Below are positions 28,964-37,691 of a stretch of DNA of 64,000 bases, in pieces. This DNA is from an uncultured Negativicutes bacterium (GTDB taxonomy: Bacteria > Bacillota > Negativicutes > JBAXTZ01), in assembly GCA_963721525.1 (NCBI GenBank), contig CAVRJL010000006.1, forward strand, positions 13,127 to 77,126, read 5' to 3'. Under the pieces are notes generated by a model. The model did no database searches, was not told the origin of the DNA, and saw only the letters and a list, made by a program, of their open reading frames with translations. Position 1 is the first letter of the stretch; each line of letters opens with the position of its first letter. The position numbers and the translations under genes are program-made.

Positions 28964-29432
28964 CACTAGCTCCTTTTTTTGATTATAGTTTACTTTATAT
29001 TAATCGAAGTAGAAAAGTAACTAAAAAAAATAAACTAAAAAAATAAGTTTAATGAATTAAAATATCTAATATTATCGATGAAACTCTAGCTATATCTCTT
29101 TACACATAAAATATCATAAAGAATGTTATGAGATTTTATTTTAAATTAAAGAACTGCAATTATAAAAATATACTTCATTATATTACAGTATCTGTAAGAA
29201 GCAACATTTTTTATGAGATCTTTTAAAACTAAAATAAATTATATCTTTTAAGTAAATTTATATTCGTTTAATGCAGAAAATAGATATACAAAAAATTAAC
29301 TATACTTTTAATACGTTAATTACGATTGACTTTAAAGTGTAGTTTTCGAAATAACACTTTAGTGAAACTAAAGTGTTATTTCTCCCATCTACATTGGCAT
29401 TTATAATAATAATTATTTATATACATAATCCA

Positions 29433-30059
29433 TTAATAATTATTAGAATTACTATTTACAATTTTCGTTATAAAATCTGTAGTGCGTTCAACTTTGCAAT
29501 ATTCGGCTTTTATTATAGAATAAAATTTTTCAACAGCATCATCTAATACGTCATTTATAATTATATAGTTATAGTTGTGAGCCATTGCTAATTCTCTTTT
29601 CGCATATCCTAATCTTTGTCTTATTATTTTACTCCCATCTGTCCCACGTTTATTTATTCGCATTATTAATTCTTCAAATGATGGAGGCGCTACAAATATC
29701 AATACGGCATGAGGGAACTTAGCTCTGACTTGTAATGCTCCATGTATATCAATCTCTAAAATAAAATCTTCACCTTTTTTAATACATTCTAATAAAATTT
29801 TTATAGGAGTTCCGTAAAAATTACCATATACTTCTGCCCATTCTAATAACTCGTCATGATGAATCATTGTTTTAAAAGCTTCTTTTGTAATAAACCAATA
29901 ATTTTTACCGCTAGTTTCTCCTGTACGTGGTTGTCTTGTTGTTGTCGATATAGATAAATTAATTTTAAGTTTTGAATATTGTTCAAGCAATGTTTTTATT
30001 AACGTGCCTTTACCTGCACCTGATGGTCCTGAAACTACAAACAAGATGCCTTCACGCAT
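29433..30059 (-). CDS. gmk: Guanylate kinase
   Basis: The sequence shows GPSGAGKGT, TTRQPRTGE and YGT motifs. Confidence 0.95.
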   Translation of the reverse strand: MREGILFVVSGPSGAGKGTLIKTLLEQYSKLKINLSISTTTRQPRTGETSGKNYWFITKEAFKTMIHHDELLEWAEVYGNFYGTPIKILLECIKKGEDFILEIDIHGALQVRAKFPHAVLIFVAPPSFEELIMRINKRGTDGSKIIRQRLGYAKRELAMAHNYNYIIINDVLDDAVEKFYSIIKAEYCKVERTTDFITKIVNSNSNNY

Positions 30060-30135
30060 TTTTAGCTCCTTATTTTTGTTTACTTATTTATAAATTTTTA
30101 CCTAGATATTTTTATTAGGCAATAATATGATAAAA

Positions 30136-30957
30136 TTAAAGTATTTCCCCGTAAAATACTTCTTGTGCGTCTCCAATTTTTAAAATATGATTATTTTCCC
30201 CCCACATTAAGTCCAGTGTACCTCCTTCCATTTTAACTTTTACTTCTTTTTTAGTTTTACCCAAAAGGTTTCCCACAACTACACTTGCAGCTGCTCCTGT
30301 TCCGCAAGCAAGAGTACTTCCAACTCCTCTTTCCCAAATACGTATATAAATTTCAGAAGGGTTCATTATCTGAACAAATTCAACATTTGTACCCCGGGGG
30401 AAAATAGGATATTTTTCTATTTTTTGGGCCAAGTTTTCTAAACTAATTTTACTTATATCTTCAACAAAACTAACGCAATGAGGCTCTCCTATATGTATAG
30501 CATGCACAATGAGTTTTTTATTGTCAATAATAATTTCTTTGTTTAACGACGATTCATCTTCCCTTCCCAACATAGGGATTGAAGACTTTGTCCAATTAGG
30601 TTTGCCTAAATCGATACATATTTTATCGTTGTCAAATATTTGGGCTACTACTAATCCAGACAGTGTTTCAAAAGAAATATTCGATTTATATTTTATATAT
30701 TTATATTTATACAAATGTTTTACAAAGCAACGCGCAGCATTTCCACACATTCTAGCTTGGGAACCATTGTTATTAAATATTTGCATGTTGTACTCAGTAG
30801 TTATTCCCTTTTTAATGAAAACTAATCCGTCTGCTCCGATACCAAAATGTCTATCGCAAATCCTTTTAACAAGAAAATTAGTTTGTTTATATTCATCTTC
30901 TAAATTATCTATTATTATAAAATCGTTACCAAGTCCATGCCATTTATGAAATTTCAT
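30136..30957 (-). CDS. dapF: Diaminopimelate epimerase
   Basis: The sequence reads MKFHKWHGLGNDFIIID, with catalytic Cys contexts MCGNAARC and ACGTGA. The start ATG at 30957 follows GAGGAAGAGG. Confidence 0.9.
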   Translation of the reverse strand: MKFHKWHGLGNDFIIIDNLEDEYKQTNFLVKRICDRHFGIGADGLVFIKKGITTEYNMQIFNNNGSQARMCGNAARCFVKHLYKYKYIKYKSNISFETLSGLVVAQIFDNDKICIDLGKPNWTKSSIPMLGREDESSLNKEIIIDNKKLIVHAIHIGEPHCVSFVEDISKISLENLAQKIEKYPIFPRGTNVEFVQIMNPSEIYIRIWERGVGSTLACGTGAAASVVVGNLLGKTKKEVKVKMEGGTLDLMWGENNHILKIGDAQEVFYGEIL

Positions 30958-31030
30958 ATTTTCCTCTTCCTCAACAAAAAAATAGATTTTAAAAATCAAA
31001 TTTATAAAAAAATATCGATTGAAATACTAC

Positions 31031-31062
31031 CTTTAAATTATACAAACTTTAAATTATACAAA
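31031..31062. repeat. Exact 16-nt tandem duplication (CTTTAAATTATACAAA x2) upstream of dapF
   Basis: I read this directly from the sequence: unit 1 is 31031-31046 and unit 2 is 31047-31062. Confidence 0.9.
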
Positions 31063-31359
31063 TTTTATATATTTTGTTTCTTTTTAAAATACTAAGATAT
31101 AAATAGCACAGATTATTATTTAGTGTATATATATATAATTTTTATAATAGAAACCTTGAAAATCTAAAATTATATAAAAATTAATACCAAAATGATGAAA
31201 ACAATTATTGGTTTGAAAAATTTAATATTGATATAAAAACTTATATATTATTATGATAAAATTTCGATTTTTAGAAATTTGTAATGTATGCAAATGAAAA
31301 AATTATCTTCATAAAGTTAAAAAAAATTTAATTTGTAGCAATTATAGTTAGAAGCAATT

Positions 31360-32487
31360 TTACTCTTCTTTTATAAACCAACTAAATAAAAACGCCATCA
31401 AAGGTAGCCACATTAAAAAAATAAAAACAGTAGTTACATCATAACAGTCTGCAATTTTACCTAGTAATATTGTTGCTCCAGCTCCCATTCCCATAGAAAG
31501 ACCCATAGTAAGAGCTGAAGCAGTGGCAATTTTATTGGGCATAAGTTTTTGCGATATTACAATTAAGCTTGTCCATGCAGCAGCCATTAAACTATTATTT
31601 AAAATTATCAAAAAACAGGATAAATATAATGACGAATTTAAAAATAAAAATATTAGTAATGTTGAAGGCAAAGTTGTCCAAAGAATCACTTTTCTACTGC
31701 TAAATTTATCTGTGAACACTCCACCAAGATAGGTACCTATCATTCCAGAAAGTTGAGATAGCGCTAGTATTAACCCACCAAATGATTCATTTTGTCCTCT
31801 ATAAGCTATAAGATACATTGGTAAAAAAGCTAACACTCCTGAAATTATAAACGAACGTAAAAATAACACCATTAGAACCATTAATAAAGAGATAACTATT
31901 TTACGACCTATAATAGCTTTAGGATATTGTAAATTTATTTTTGACATTGATTTCGCTGCTTTTAATAATGGTAAAAATAATAACAAAGAAGGTAAACAAA
32001 AAATAAATTCCAAATTTATTTTTTTACTTAGAAATATGCCCATTATTAACGAACCTAATGCTGAACCAACAAACCCACCTAATGTAAATAATCCTATACC
32101 TTTGCCAGTATTTTTACCACTGAAATAGTTAGCGCAGCGCGCTCCTTCTGGATGAAAAACTGAGCTTCCTATTCCGGAAAAAATAATCCATAAAAAAACC
32201 GCATAATAATTTTTAACATATATGCACATTAGAAAACCTATTACAGATATTAAACAACCTAACGGCATATATATAGACTGATGTTTTCTATCGCTTAAAA
32301 CCCCAAATATTGGTTGACTGATAGAACCTGTTATCCAAAATACCATAGGCAAAAAAGACATTTGCGCAAAATTCAAGCCAAATTTATTTTTAAAATAAGG
32401 TAAAGCTATTAACAGAGCTCCACTTGGAATATCAACCACTAAATGGCCTAAAGCCAGTATCCAAACTTTATAAGATATTTTATTCAT
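31360..32487 (-). CDS. MFS transporter, substrate unknown
   Basis: It has about 12 predicted hydrophobic segments. An MFS-like loop motif (GVLSDRKH) follows TM2. Confidence 0.8.
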   Translation of the reverse strand: MNKISYKVWILALGHLVVDIPSGALLIALPYFKNKFGLNFAQMSFLPMVFWITGSISQPIFGVLSDRKHQSIYMPLGCLISVIGFLMCIYVKNYYAVFLWIIFSGIGSSVFHPEGARCANYFSGKNTGKGIGLFTLGGFVGSALGSLIMGIFLSKKINLEFIFCLPSLLLFLPLLKAAKSMSKINLQYPKAIIGRKIVISLLMVLMVLFLRSFIISGVLAFLPMYLIAYRGQNESFGGLILALSQLSGMIGTYLGGVFTDKFSSRKVILWTTLPSTLLIFLFLNSSLYLSCFLIILNNSLMAAAWTSLIVISQKLMPNKIATASALTMGLSMGMGAGATILLGKIADCYDVTTVFIFLMWLPLMAFLFSWFIKEE

Positions 32488-32662
32488 ATTTTCTCACATA
32501 TTAAATTTTTATTTATATTCCATAGCAAATAATTTAATTCAACCAAAAAAAGAAAACCGGCGTTCGCCGGCTTTAATTCTTATATCCGCACAGTAAATCA
32601 TCCTCCCCACTTTCGTCCTTCGCCAACAGACGACACTCCCAATGCTTTACTGTTTCAAGTTT
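32488..32662 (-). promoter_or_regulatory. Structured 5' leader (candidate riboswitch/attenuator, unclassified) ending in an intrinsic terminator
   Basis: The minus strand reads ACAGUAAA-GCAUUGGGAGUGUCGUCUGUUGGCGAAGGACGAAAGUGGGGAGGAUGA-UUUACUGU, with a perfect 8-bp closing helix. The terminator GCCGGCGAACGCCGGUUUUCUUUUUUU follows, about 55 nt before the MFS ATG. Confidence 0.4.
32545..32577 (-). terminator. Intrinsic terminator inside the MFS leader, downstream of etfA
   Basis: It is a GC-rich hairpin (GCCGGC-GAAC-GCCGGU) followed by UUUCUUUUUUU on the minus strand. Confidence 0.8.
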
Positions 32663-32691
32663 ATTATAATAGTTTTGATAAAATTATTCAA
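32663..32691 (-). promoter_or_regulatory. Sigma-70-type promoter TTGAAT-N17-TATAAT
   Basis: On the minus strand, TTGAAT is at 32691-32686 and TATAAT is at 32668-32663. The spacer is exactly 17 nt. Confidence 0.5.
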
Positions 32692-32707
32692 GTAATGCAA
32701 AAAAACT

Positions 32708-33904
32708 TCATAAATTTTTTTGTAGTTTAAAAGCCTTAATTAACTCAGGTATAACCTCAAACAAATTTCCTACTATTCCATAGTTAGCTACTTTAAATAT
32801 TGGAGCATCAGAATCTTTATTTATAGCTACAATAATGTCTGAACTTCTCATACCTGCGATATGTTGTATTGCTCCGCTAATTCCGCAAGCAAAGTATATT
32901 TTTGGACTTACAGTTTTTCCAGTTTGCCCTATCTGTTGAAATGAAGGTATCCAACCAGCATCTACGACAGCACGACTTGCTCCTACAACTCCACCTAGTA
33001 CACTGGCTAACTCTTTTAATAAAATAAAATTTTCTTGCAATTGCAATCCTCTGCCACCTGCCACAATTATTTTAGCTTCTTCTAGATTACAATTTACTTC
33101 ATTGTTTTTTATAGTTTTTATAATTTTTGTTTTTAAATCTTTTTCTTCTACGGTTGTTTTAAATTTTATAATTTTACCTACTTTTGTAAAATCTTCTTGA
33201 GGCTTTTTAAATACTTTAGGGCGAATTGTTCCCATTTGCGGACGATGATGCGGACAAATAATTGTTGCCATAACATTTCCGCCAAAAGCAGGACGTGTCC
33301 ATTCAACAAGTCTTTTGTCCATATCGATACTTAAATTAGTACAATCTGCAGTAAGACCGGTGCTTACTCTACAAGCAATACGAGGGCCTAAATCACGGCC
33401 ATCAGGTGTTGCTCCCAATAATATAACCGAAGGGTTATTTTCTTTAATAAGGTCTACAAACGCTTTAGTATAAGTATCTGTTGAATATTGTGTAAAAATT
33501 TTATCTTCAATTAAATATACTTTATCTGCACCATTGGCAAAAATATTTGTACAAAGGTTTGCGACATCATTCCCTATCAATACTCCACATAATCCTGTTT
33601 TTAAATAGCTAGCAAGTTTACTCCCTTCTCCAAGCAATTCTAATGATACATCTTTTATTTTATTCTCAAAATGTTCTATATAAATCCATATATCTTTATA
33701 GTTATTTATATTTACCGCACCAAATATTTCTTCTTCTTCTCGTAAAATTGCTTTTTGAGGACATACATTAATGCAAAGACCGCATACTGTACAACTTTCT
33801 CCTATTATAGGCTTGCAATCTACCATGTGTATCGCGGAAAAAGGACATTGATTTACACACAAACCACATCCTACACATTTCTCTTCAATCACCTTTACTG
33901 CCAT
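32708..33904 (-). CDS. etfA: Electron transfer flavoprotein alpha subunit with an N-terminal 2x[4Fe-4S] ferredoxin domain
   Basis: CVGCGLCVNQCP and CTVCGLCINVCP are followed by the EtfA core (FACGISGAIQHIAGM). The start ATG at 33904 lies 7 nt after AGGAGG. Confidence 0.9.
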   Translation of the reverse strand: MAVKVIEEKCVGCGLCVNQCPFSAIHMVDCKPIIGESCTVCGLCINVCPQKAILREEEEIFGAVNINNYKDIWIYIEHFENKIKDVSLELLGEGSKLASYLKTGLCGVLIGNDVANLCTNIFANGADKVYLIEDKIFTQYSTDTYTKAFVDLIKENNPSVILLGATPDGRDLGPRIACRVSTGLTADCTNLSIDMDKRLVEWTRPAFGGNVMATIICPHHRPQMGTIRPKVFKKPQEDFTKVGKIIKFKTTVEEKDLKTKIIKTIKNNEVNCNLEEAKIIVAGGRGLQLQENFILLKELASVLGGVVGASRAVVDAGWIPSFQQIGQTGKTVSPKIYFACGISGAIQHIAGMRSSDIIVAINKDSDAPIFKVANYGIVGNLFEVIPELIKAFKLQKNL

Positions 33905-33914
33905 ATTTCCTCCT

Positions 33915-34703
33915 CTATCCGCAAGCTTTGCAAAGCATTTCAACTAACATTTTTGCTGCTGTTTCTGCAGTTTCACCGCTAATTATTTTACCCTGTCCTC
34001 TTTGTTCGGGAGTAAAAATATTTCTAACTTGCGTAGGGCTTCCTATTAAACCTAATCGTTTAAAATTGACATCTAACCCCTTTGCAGTAATAACTTCAAT
34101 GCTTTCTTTCTTAAGTGCTTTTAGGCAACCCCAAACATTTCCTGTGCGTGGTTCATTTAAAGATTTCACTGCCGTTAGTAAAACAGGAATTTTTACTTCA
34201 ACTACTTCAAAATAGTCATCTTGTTCTCTATAAACATGTAATAATTTTGTATCTTTTATTTCAATTTTTGCTACATAAGTAACCTGGGGAATACCAAGAT
34301 ATTCTGCTATTTCTGGCCCTACTTGTGCGGTATCTCCATCAATAGCCTGTTTACCGCAAAATACTATATCAAAAGAACCTAACTTCTCTATAGCTTTAGA
34401 TAAAATATAACTTGTAGCTAATGTATCCGATCCGCTAAATTTTCTATCCGAAACTAAGACTGCTCTATCCGCCCCCATAACAATACATTCTTTTAACGCT
34501 TCTGCTGCTTGGGGTGGTCCCATTGTTATAACTGTTACATTTCCTCCACATTGCTCTTTTATTTTCAATGCTCCTTCTAAAGCATGTTTATCAAAAGGGT
34601 TTACAATACTTGGTACACCCTGTCTTATAAGAGTATTTGTTGTAGAATCAATGCGTACCTCTGTAGTATCAGGTACTTGTTTTATACATACAATCATATT
34701 CAT
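33915..34703 (-). CDS. etfB: Electron transfer flavoprotein beta subunit
   Basis: The sequence reads MNMIVCIKQVPDT...VNPFD...CGKQAIDGDTAQVG. The start at 34703 follows GAGAGGG. Confidence 0.9.
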   Translation of the reverse strand: MNMIVCIKQVPDTTEVRIDSTTNTLIRQGVPSIVNPFDKHALEGALKIKEQCGGNVTVITMGPPQAAEALKECIVMGADRAVLVSDRKFSGSDTLATSYILSKAIEKLGSFDIVFCGKQAIDGDTAQVGPEIAEYLGIPQVTYVAKIEIKDTKLLHVYREQDDYFEVVEVKIPVLLTAVKSLNEPRTGNVWGCLKALKKESIEVITAKGLDVNFKRLGLIGSPTQVRNIFTPEQRGQGKIISGETAETAAKMLVEMLCKACG

Positions 34704-34721
34704 AACATAAATCCCTCTCAA

Positions 34722-35858
34722 TCATTTCAACATAGCGTTTGCTACTATTATACGCTGAATTTGGTTTGTGCCTTCATATATTTGCGTGATTTTCGCATTA
34801 CGCATTAATCTCTCCACTGGATATTCACGACTATATCCATAGCCACCTAATATTTGTATCGCATTACTTGTAATTTCCATTGCTACATCTGAGGCATACA
34901 TTTTTGCCATAGCACTTTCTTTAGAAAATGGCAATCCATTATCTTTAAGCCATGCCGCCCTATATACCATTATTCGTGCTGCATCTGTTTTTGTTTGCAT
35001 ATCAGCTAACATGAAAGATATTGCTTGATTAGAAGCTATAGGCTTACCAAATTGACAACGAGTTTTAGCATAACTCACAGCATGATCAACTGCAGCTTGA
35101 GCTATACCTACAGCTTGAGATGCAATCCCAATCCTGCCCCCATCCAAAGACGCCATAGCTATTTTAAACCCTTGACCTTCTTTGCCAAGTAAATTTTTTT
35201 TAGAAATACAACAATTTTGAAATACTAATTCCATAGTAATAGATGTATTTATTCCCATTTTATGTTCACGTTTCCCGAAAGTAAAACCTGGCGTCCCTTT
35301 TTCTACAACAAAAGCAGAAATTCCTCTAATTCCTTTTGCTTTATTAGTCATAGCAATTACTATATAAGTTTCTGCCTCACCACCGTTTGTTATGAAAATT
35401 TTATTTCCATTTAAAACATATTCATCACCAACTAAAATAGCAGTTGTTTCTTGAGCACTAGCATCGCTACCTGCATTGGCTTCAGTCAACCCAAAGGCTC
35501 CTAAATTTTTTCCTTCGCAAATAGGTATTAAATACTTTTGTTTTTGATTTTCAGTTCCATAAATAAATATTGGCCATGCACATAATGAGGTAGCCCCTAT
35601 AGCTAAACATGTGCCATCATCATATTTACTTAATTCTTCATTAGCTATTATATAACTTAGATAATTTGCGTTAGCACCACCATATTCTTTTGGAAACGGC
35701 AAAGCTTGAACTCCTAATTTTAGCATTTCATTAACAAGATGACGATTAAATTCTTGTTTTTCATCACGCTCGACAATAGTAGGAGCTAATTTTTTTTCTG
35801 CAAACTCTTTGCAAAGTTTTTTAATTAATATTTGCTCTTCTGTAAATCTAAAATCCAT
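34722..35858 (-). CDS. bcd: Butyryl-CoA (short-chain acyl-CoA) dehydrogenase
   Basis: The acyl-CoA dehydrogenase signatures are present (GAFGLTEANAGSDA, QILGGYGYSREYPVERLMRNAKITQIYEGTNQIQR). It is co-linear with etfBA. Confidence 0.9.
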   Translation of the reverse strand: MDFRFTEEQILIKKLCKEFAEKKLAPTIVERDEKQEFNRHLVNEMLKLGVQALPFPKEYGGANANYLSYIIANEELSKYDDGTCLAIGATSLCAWPIFIYGTENQKQKYLIPICEGKNLGAFGLTEANAGSDASAQETTAILVGDEYVLNGNKIFITNGGEAETYIVIAMTNKAKGIRGISAFVVEKGTPGFTFGKREHKMGINTSITMELVFQNCCISKKNLLGKEGQGFKIAMASLDGGRIGIASQAVGIAQAAVDHAVSYAKTRCQFGKPIASNQAISFMLADMQTKTDAARIMVYRAAWLKDNGLPFSKESAMAKMYASDVAMEITSNAIQILGGYGYSREYPVERLMRNAKITQIYEGTNQIQRIIVANAMLK

Positions 35859-36279
35859 AAATAAGTCTCCTGAAATTTAAATGTAGTTAATTTTAACAAC
35901 AAATGATAATAATAACAATTTTAAAAATTTATAGGTTAAATTAATTTAATTTTATTCTCATATTATTATTATTTAAAATTATATTATAAAAAATAAAAAT
36001 AGAGTTTACTTTTAATTATCCATATATTGAACCGAGGATAAGAGCATTAGGTTAGTATTGTATAAATTGTATAAATTGATACTTTCTCAAAGCATCTGTT
36101 ATAGCTATAAAATATTCATTGAAAGAAAGCGTAGTTTAAAGATAAAATGAACTATAAGATATAAAGAAAAACCAAATATTAACGAATATTATTTTTATTG
36201 TTTTAATTTTTTTTGTTTGTTATCATGCCATTGTTAATAATAATGTATAAAATTAAAACTAGGAGTTATTATAATCATT

Positions 36280-36855
36280 ATGAAAAAGAAAATTCCAGTA
36301 AGCGTATCAGCAAGACATGTACATCTTAAACAGGGAGATGTAGAGAAATTATTCGGAAAAGGAGCTGAGTTAACTGTTTTTAAATCTTTATTTCAACCCG
36401 GTTCCTATGCTTGCAATGAAAAAGTAGACATTGTTACAGATAAAGGAATGATTAAAGGGGTGCGGATATTGGGTCCAATGAATAAACAAACGCAAGTAGA
36501 AATATCTATGACAGATGCTTTAAAACTTAAAGTAAATATACCTATACGTGCTAGCGGTAATTTAAAAAATTCAGCTGCTTGTAAGTTAGTTGGTCCTGCT
36601 GGTGAATTAGTTTTAAAAGAAGGACTTATTGGAGCCCAGCGTCATATACATGCTAGTAAAAAAGATGCAGAAGAATTGGGTATCTGTGATAAACAGATTG
36701 TAAGTGTTTGTTGTATCGGAGTAAGGGGATTGAAATTTGATAATGTATTAGTTCGCATTAATAACGAATTCAAATTAGAAATGCATATTGATACTGACGA
36801 AGCAAATGCATGTTTTATAGGGGAATGCAATAATGAAGCACAAATTGTGAATTAA
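36280..36855 (+). CDS. pduL: Phosphate acyltransferase PduL
   Basis: The two-repeat PduL architecture is present, with VSARHVHL and AQRHIHAS. Confidence 0.85.
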   Translation: MKKKIPVSVSARHVHLKQGDVEKLFGKGAELTVFKSLFQPGSYACNEKVDIVTDKGMIKGVRILGPMNKQTQVEISMTDALKLKVNIPIRASGNLKNSAACKLVGPAGELVLKEGLIGAQRHIHASKKDAEELGICDKQIVSVCCIGVRGLKFDNVLVRINNEFKLEMHIDTDEANACFIGECNNEAQIVN

Positions 36856-36891
36856 ACTTAGAATATTAAAAAAGGAAATACGGAGGACAGA

Positions 36892-37275
36892 ATGGAAGAA
36901 GTAATTATTAGAGTGCGAATGAGTCAATCAGATGCTCGTTATGGTGGAAATCTTATTGCTGGGGCAAAAATGTTGGAAATAATTGGAGATGTAGCAACAG
37001 AAATATTAATTAGAAACGACGGAGATGAAGGTTTATGTTGCGCTTATGATAACATCCAATTTTTAGCTCCTGTTTATCCGGGAGATTATGTTGAGGCAAC
37101 AGGAAAAATAACAAATATTGGAAATACATCGCGTAAAATAATTTTTGAAGTATGTAAGGTAGTTAGTCCCTGTTTAGATGTATCCTCCTCAGCTGCTGAT
37201 TTTTTATTAGAACCTATTATTGTATGTAAAGCCAGTGGAATTTTTGTAGTCCCTAAAAAATGCCAACGTAAATAA
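36892..37275 (+). CDS. kal: Hotdog-fold protein, likely 3-aminobutyryl-CoA ammonia-lyase (Kal)
   Basis: It is 127 aa. [42 protein letters not shown]...[13 protein letters not shown] matches my recollection of Kal from lysine fermenters. The context is bcd/etf/pduL. Confidence 0.6.
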   Translation: MEEVIIRVRMSQSDARYGGNLIAGAKMLEIIGDVATEILIRNDGDEGLCCAYDNIQFLAPVYPGDYVEATGKITNIGNTSRKIIFEVCKVVSPCLDVSSSAADFLLEPIIVCKASGIFVVPKKCQRK

Positions 37276-37467
37276 TTATATAAATTAAATTATAAAATTT
37301 AATATTAGTATTATATACTGAGGTTAATGCTAATGATTTAACAGAATAAAGATAAATCAACATTGTTAGAATACGAACGTCATAAAGTATAAGCTTATTA
37401 ATCTTTTTTTTAAAATAAAAATAAATATATAAAAATATTATAATTAAAAATTTGCAAGGAATGTATA

Positions 37468-37668
37468 ATGATACAAAATAATGAATTATTAAAAAAAGCA
37501 GGGGAGAGCAAATATACTTTAGTTATTATGGCAGCGAAAAGAGCCCGTGAAATAGTTGATGAAAATAAAATGAATTGCGAAAAACAACATAAACCAGTTA
37601 TATGTGCTTTAAAAGAAATTTTAGAAGAAAAAATTACTTTTGAACGACGACGTACAGGTTTAAAATAA
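37468..37668 (+). CDS. rpoZ: RNA polymerase omega subunit
   Basis: It is 66 aa, with SKYTLVIMAAKRAREI. Confidence 0.85.
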   Translation: MIQNNELLKKAGESKYTLVIMAAKRAREIVDENKMNCEKQHKPVICALKEILEEKITFERRRTGLK

Positions 37669-37691
37669 ATAAAAATTAAGCTAAATACAGT

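Noticed and set aside
32488-32662. The MFS leader could be assigned to the ZTP (pfl) riboswitch class.
   Set aside because: Only partial resemblance exists (UGGCGAA and GGGGAG boxes within a UCGUC/GAUGA helix). The invariant 3' CCGCCUGGGC pseudoknot element is absent and P2 would be only 2-3 bp. It is kept as an unclassified candidate instead.
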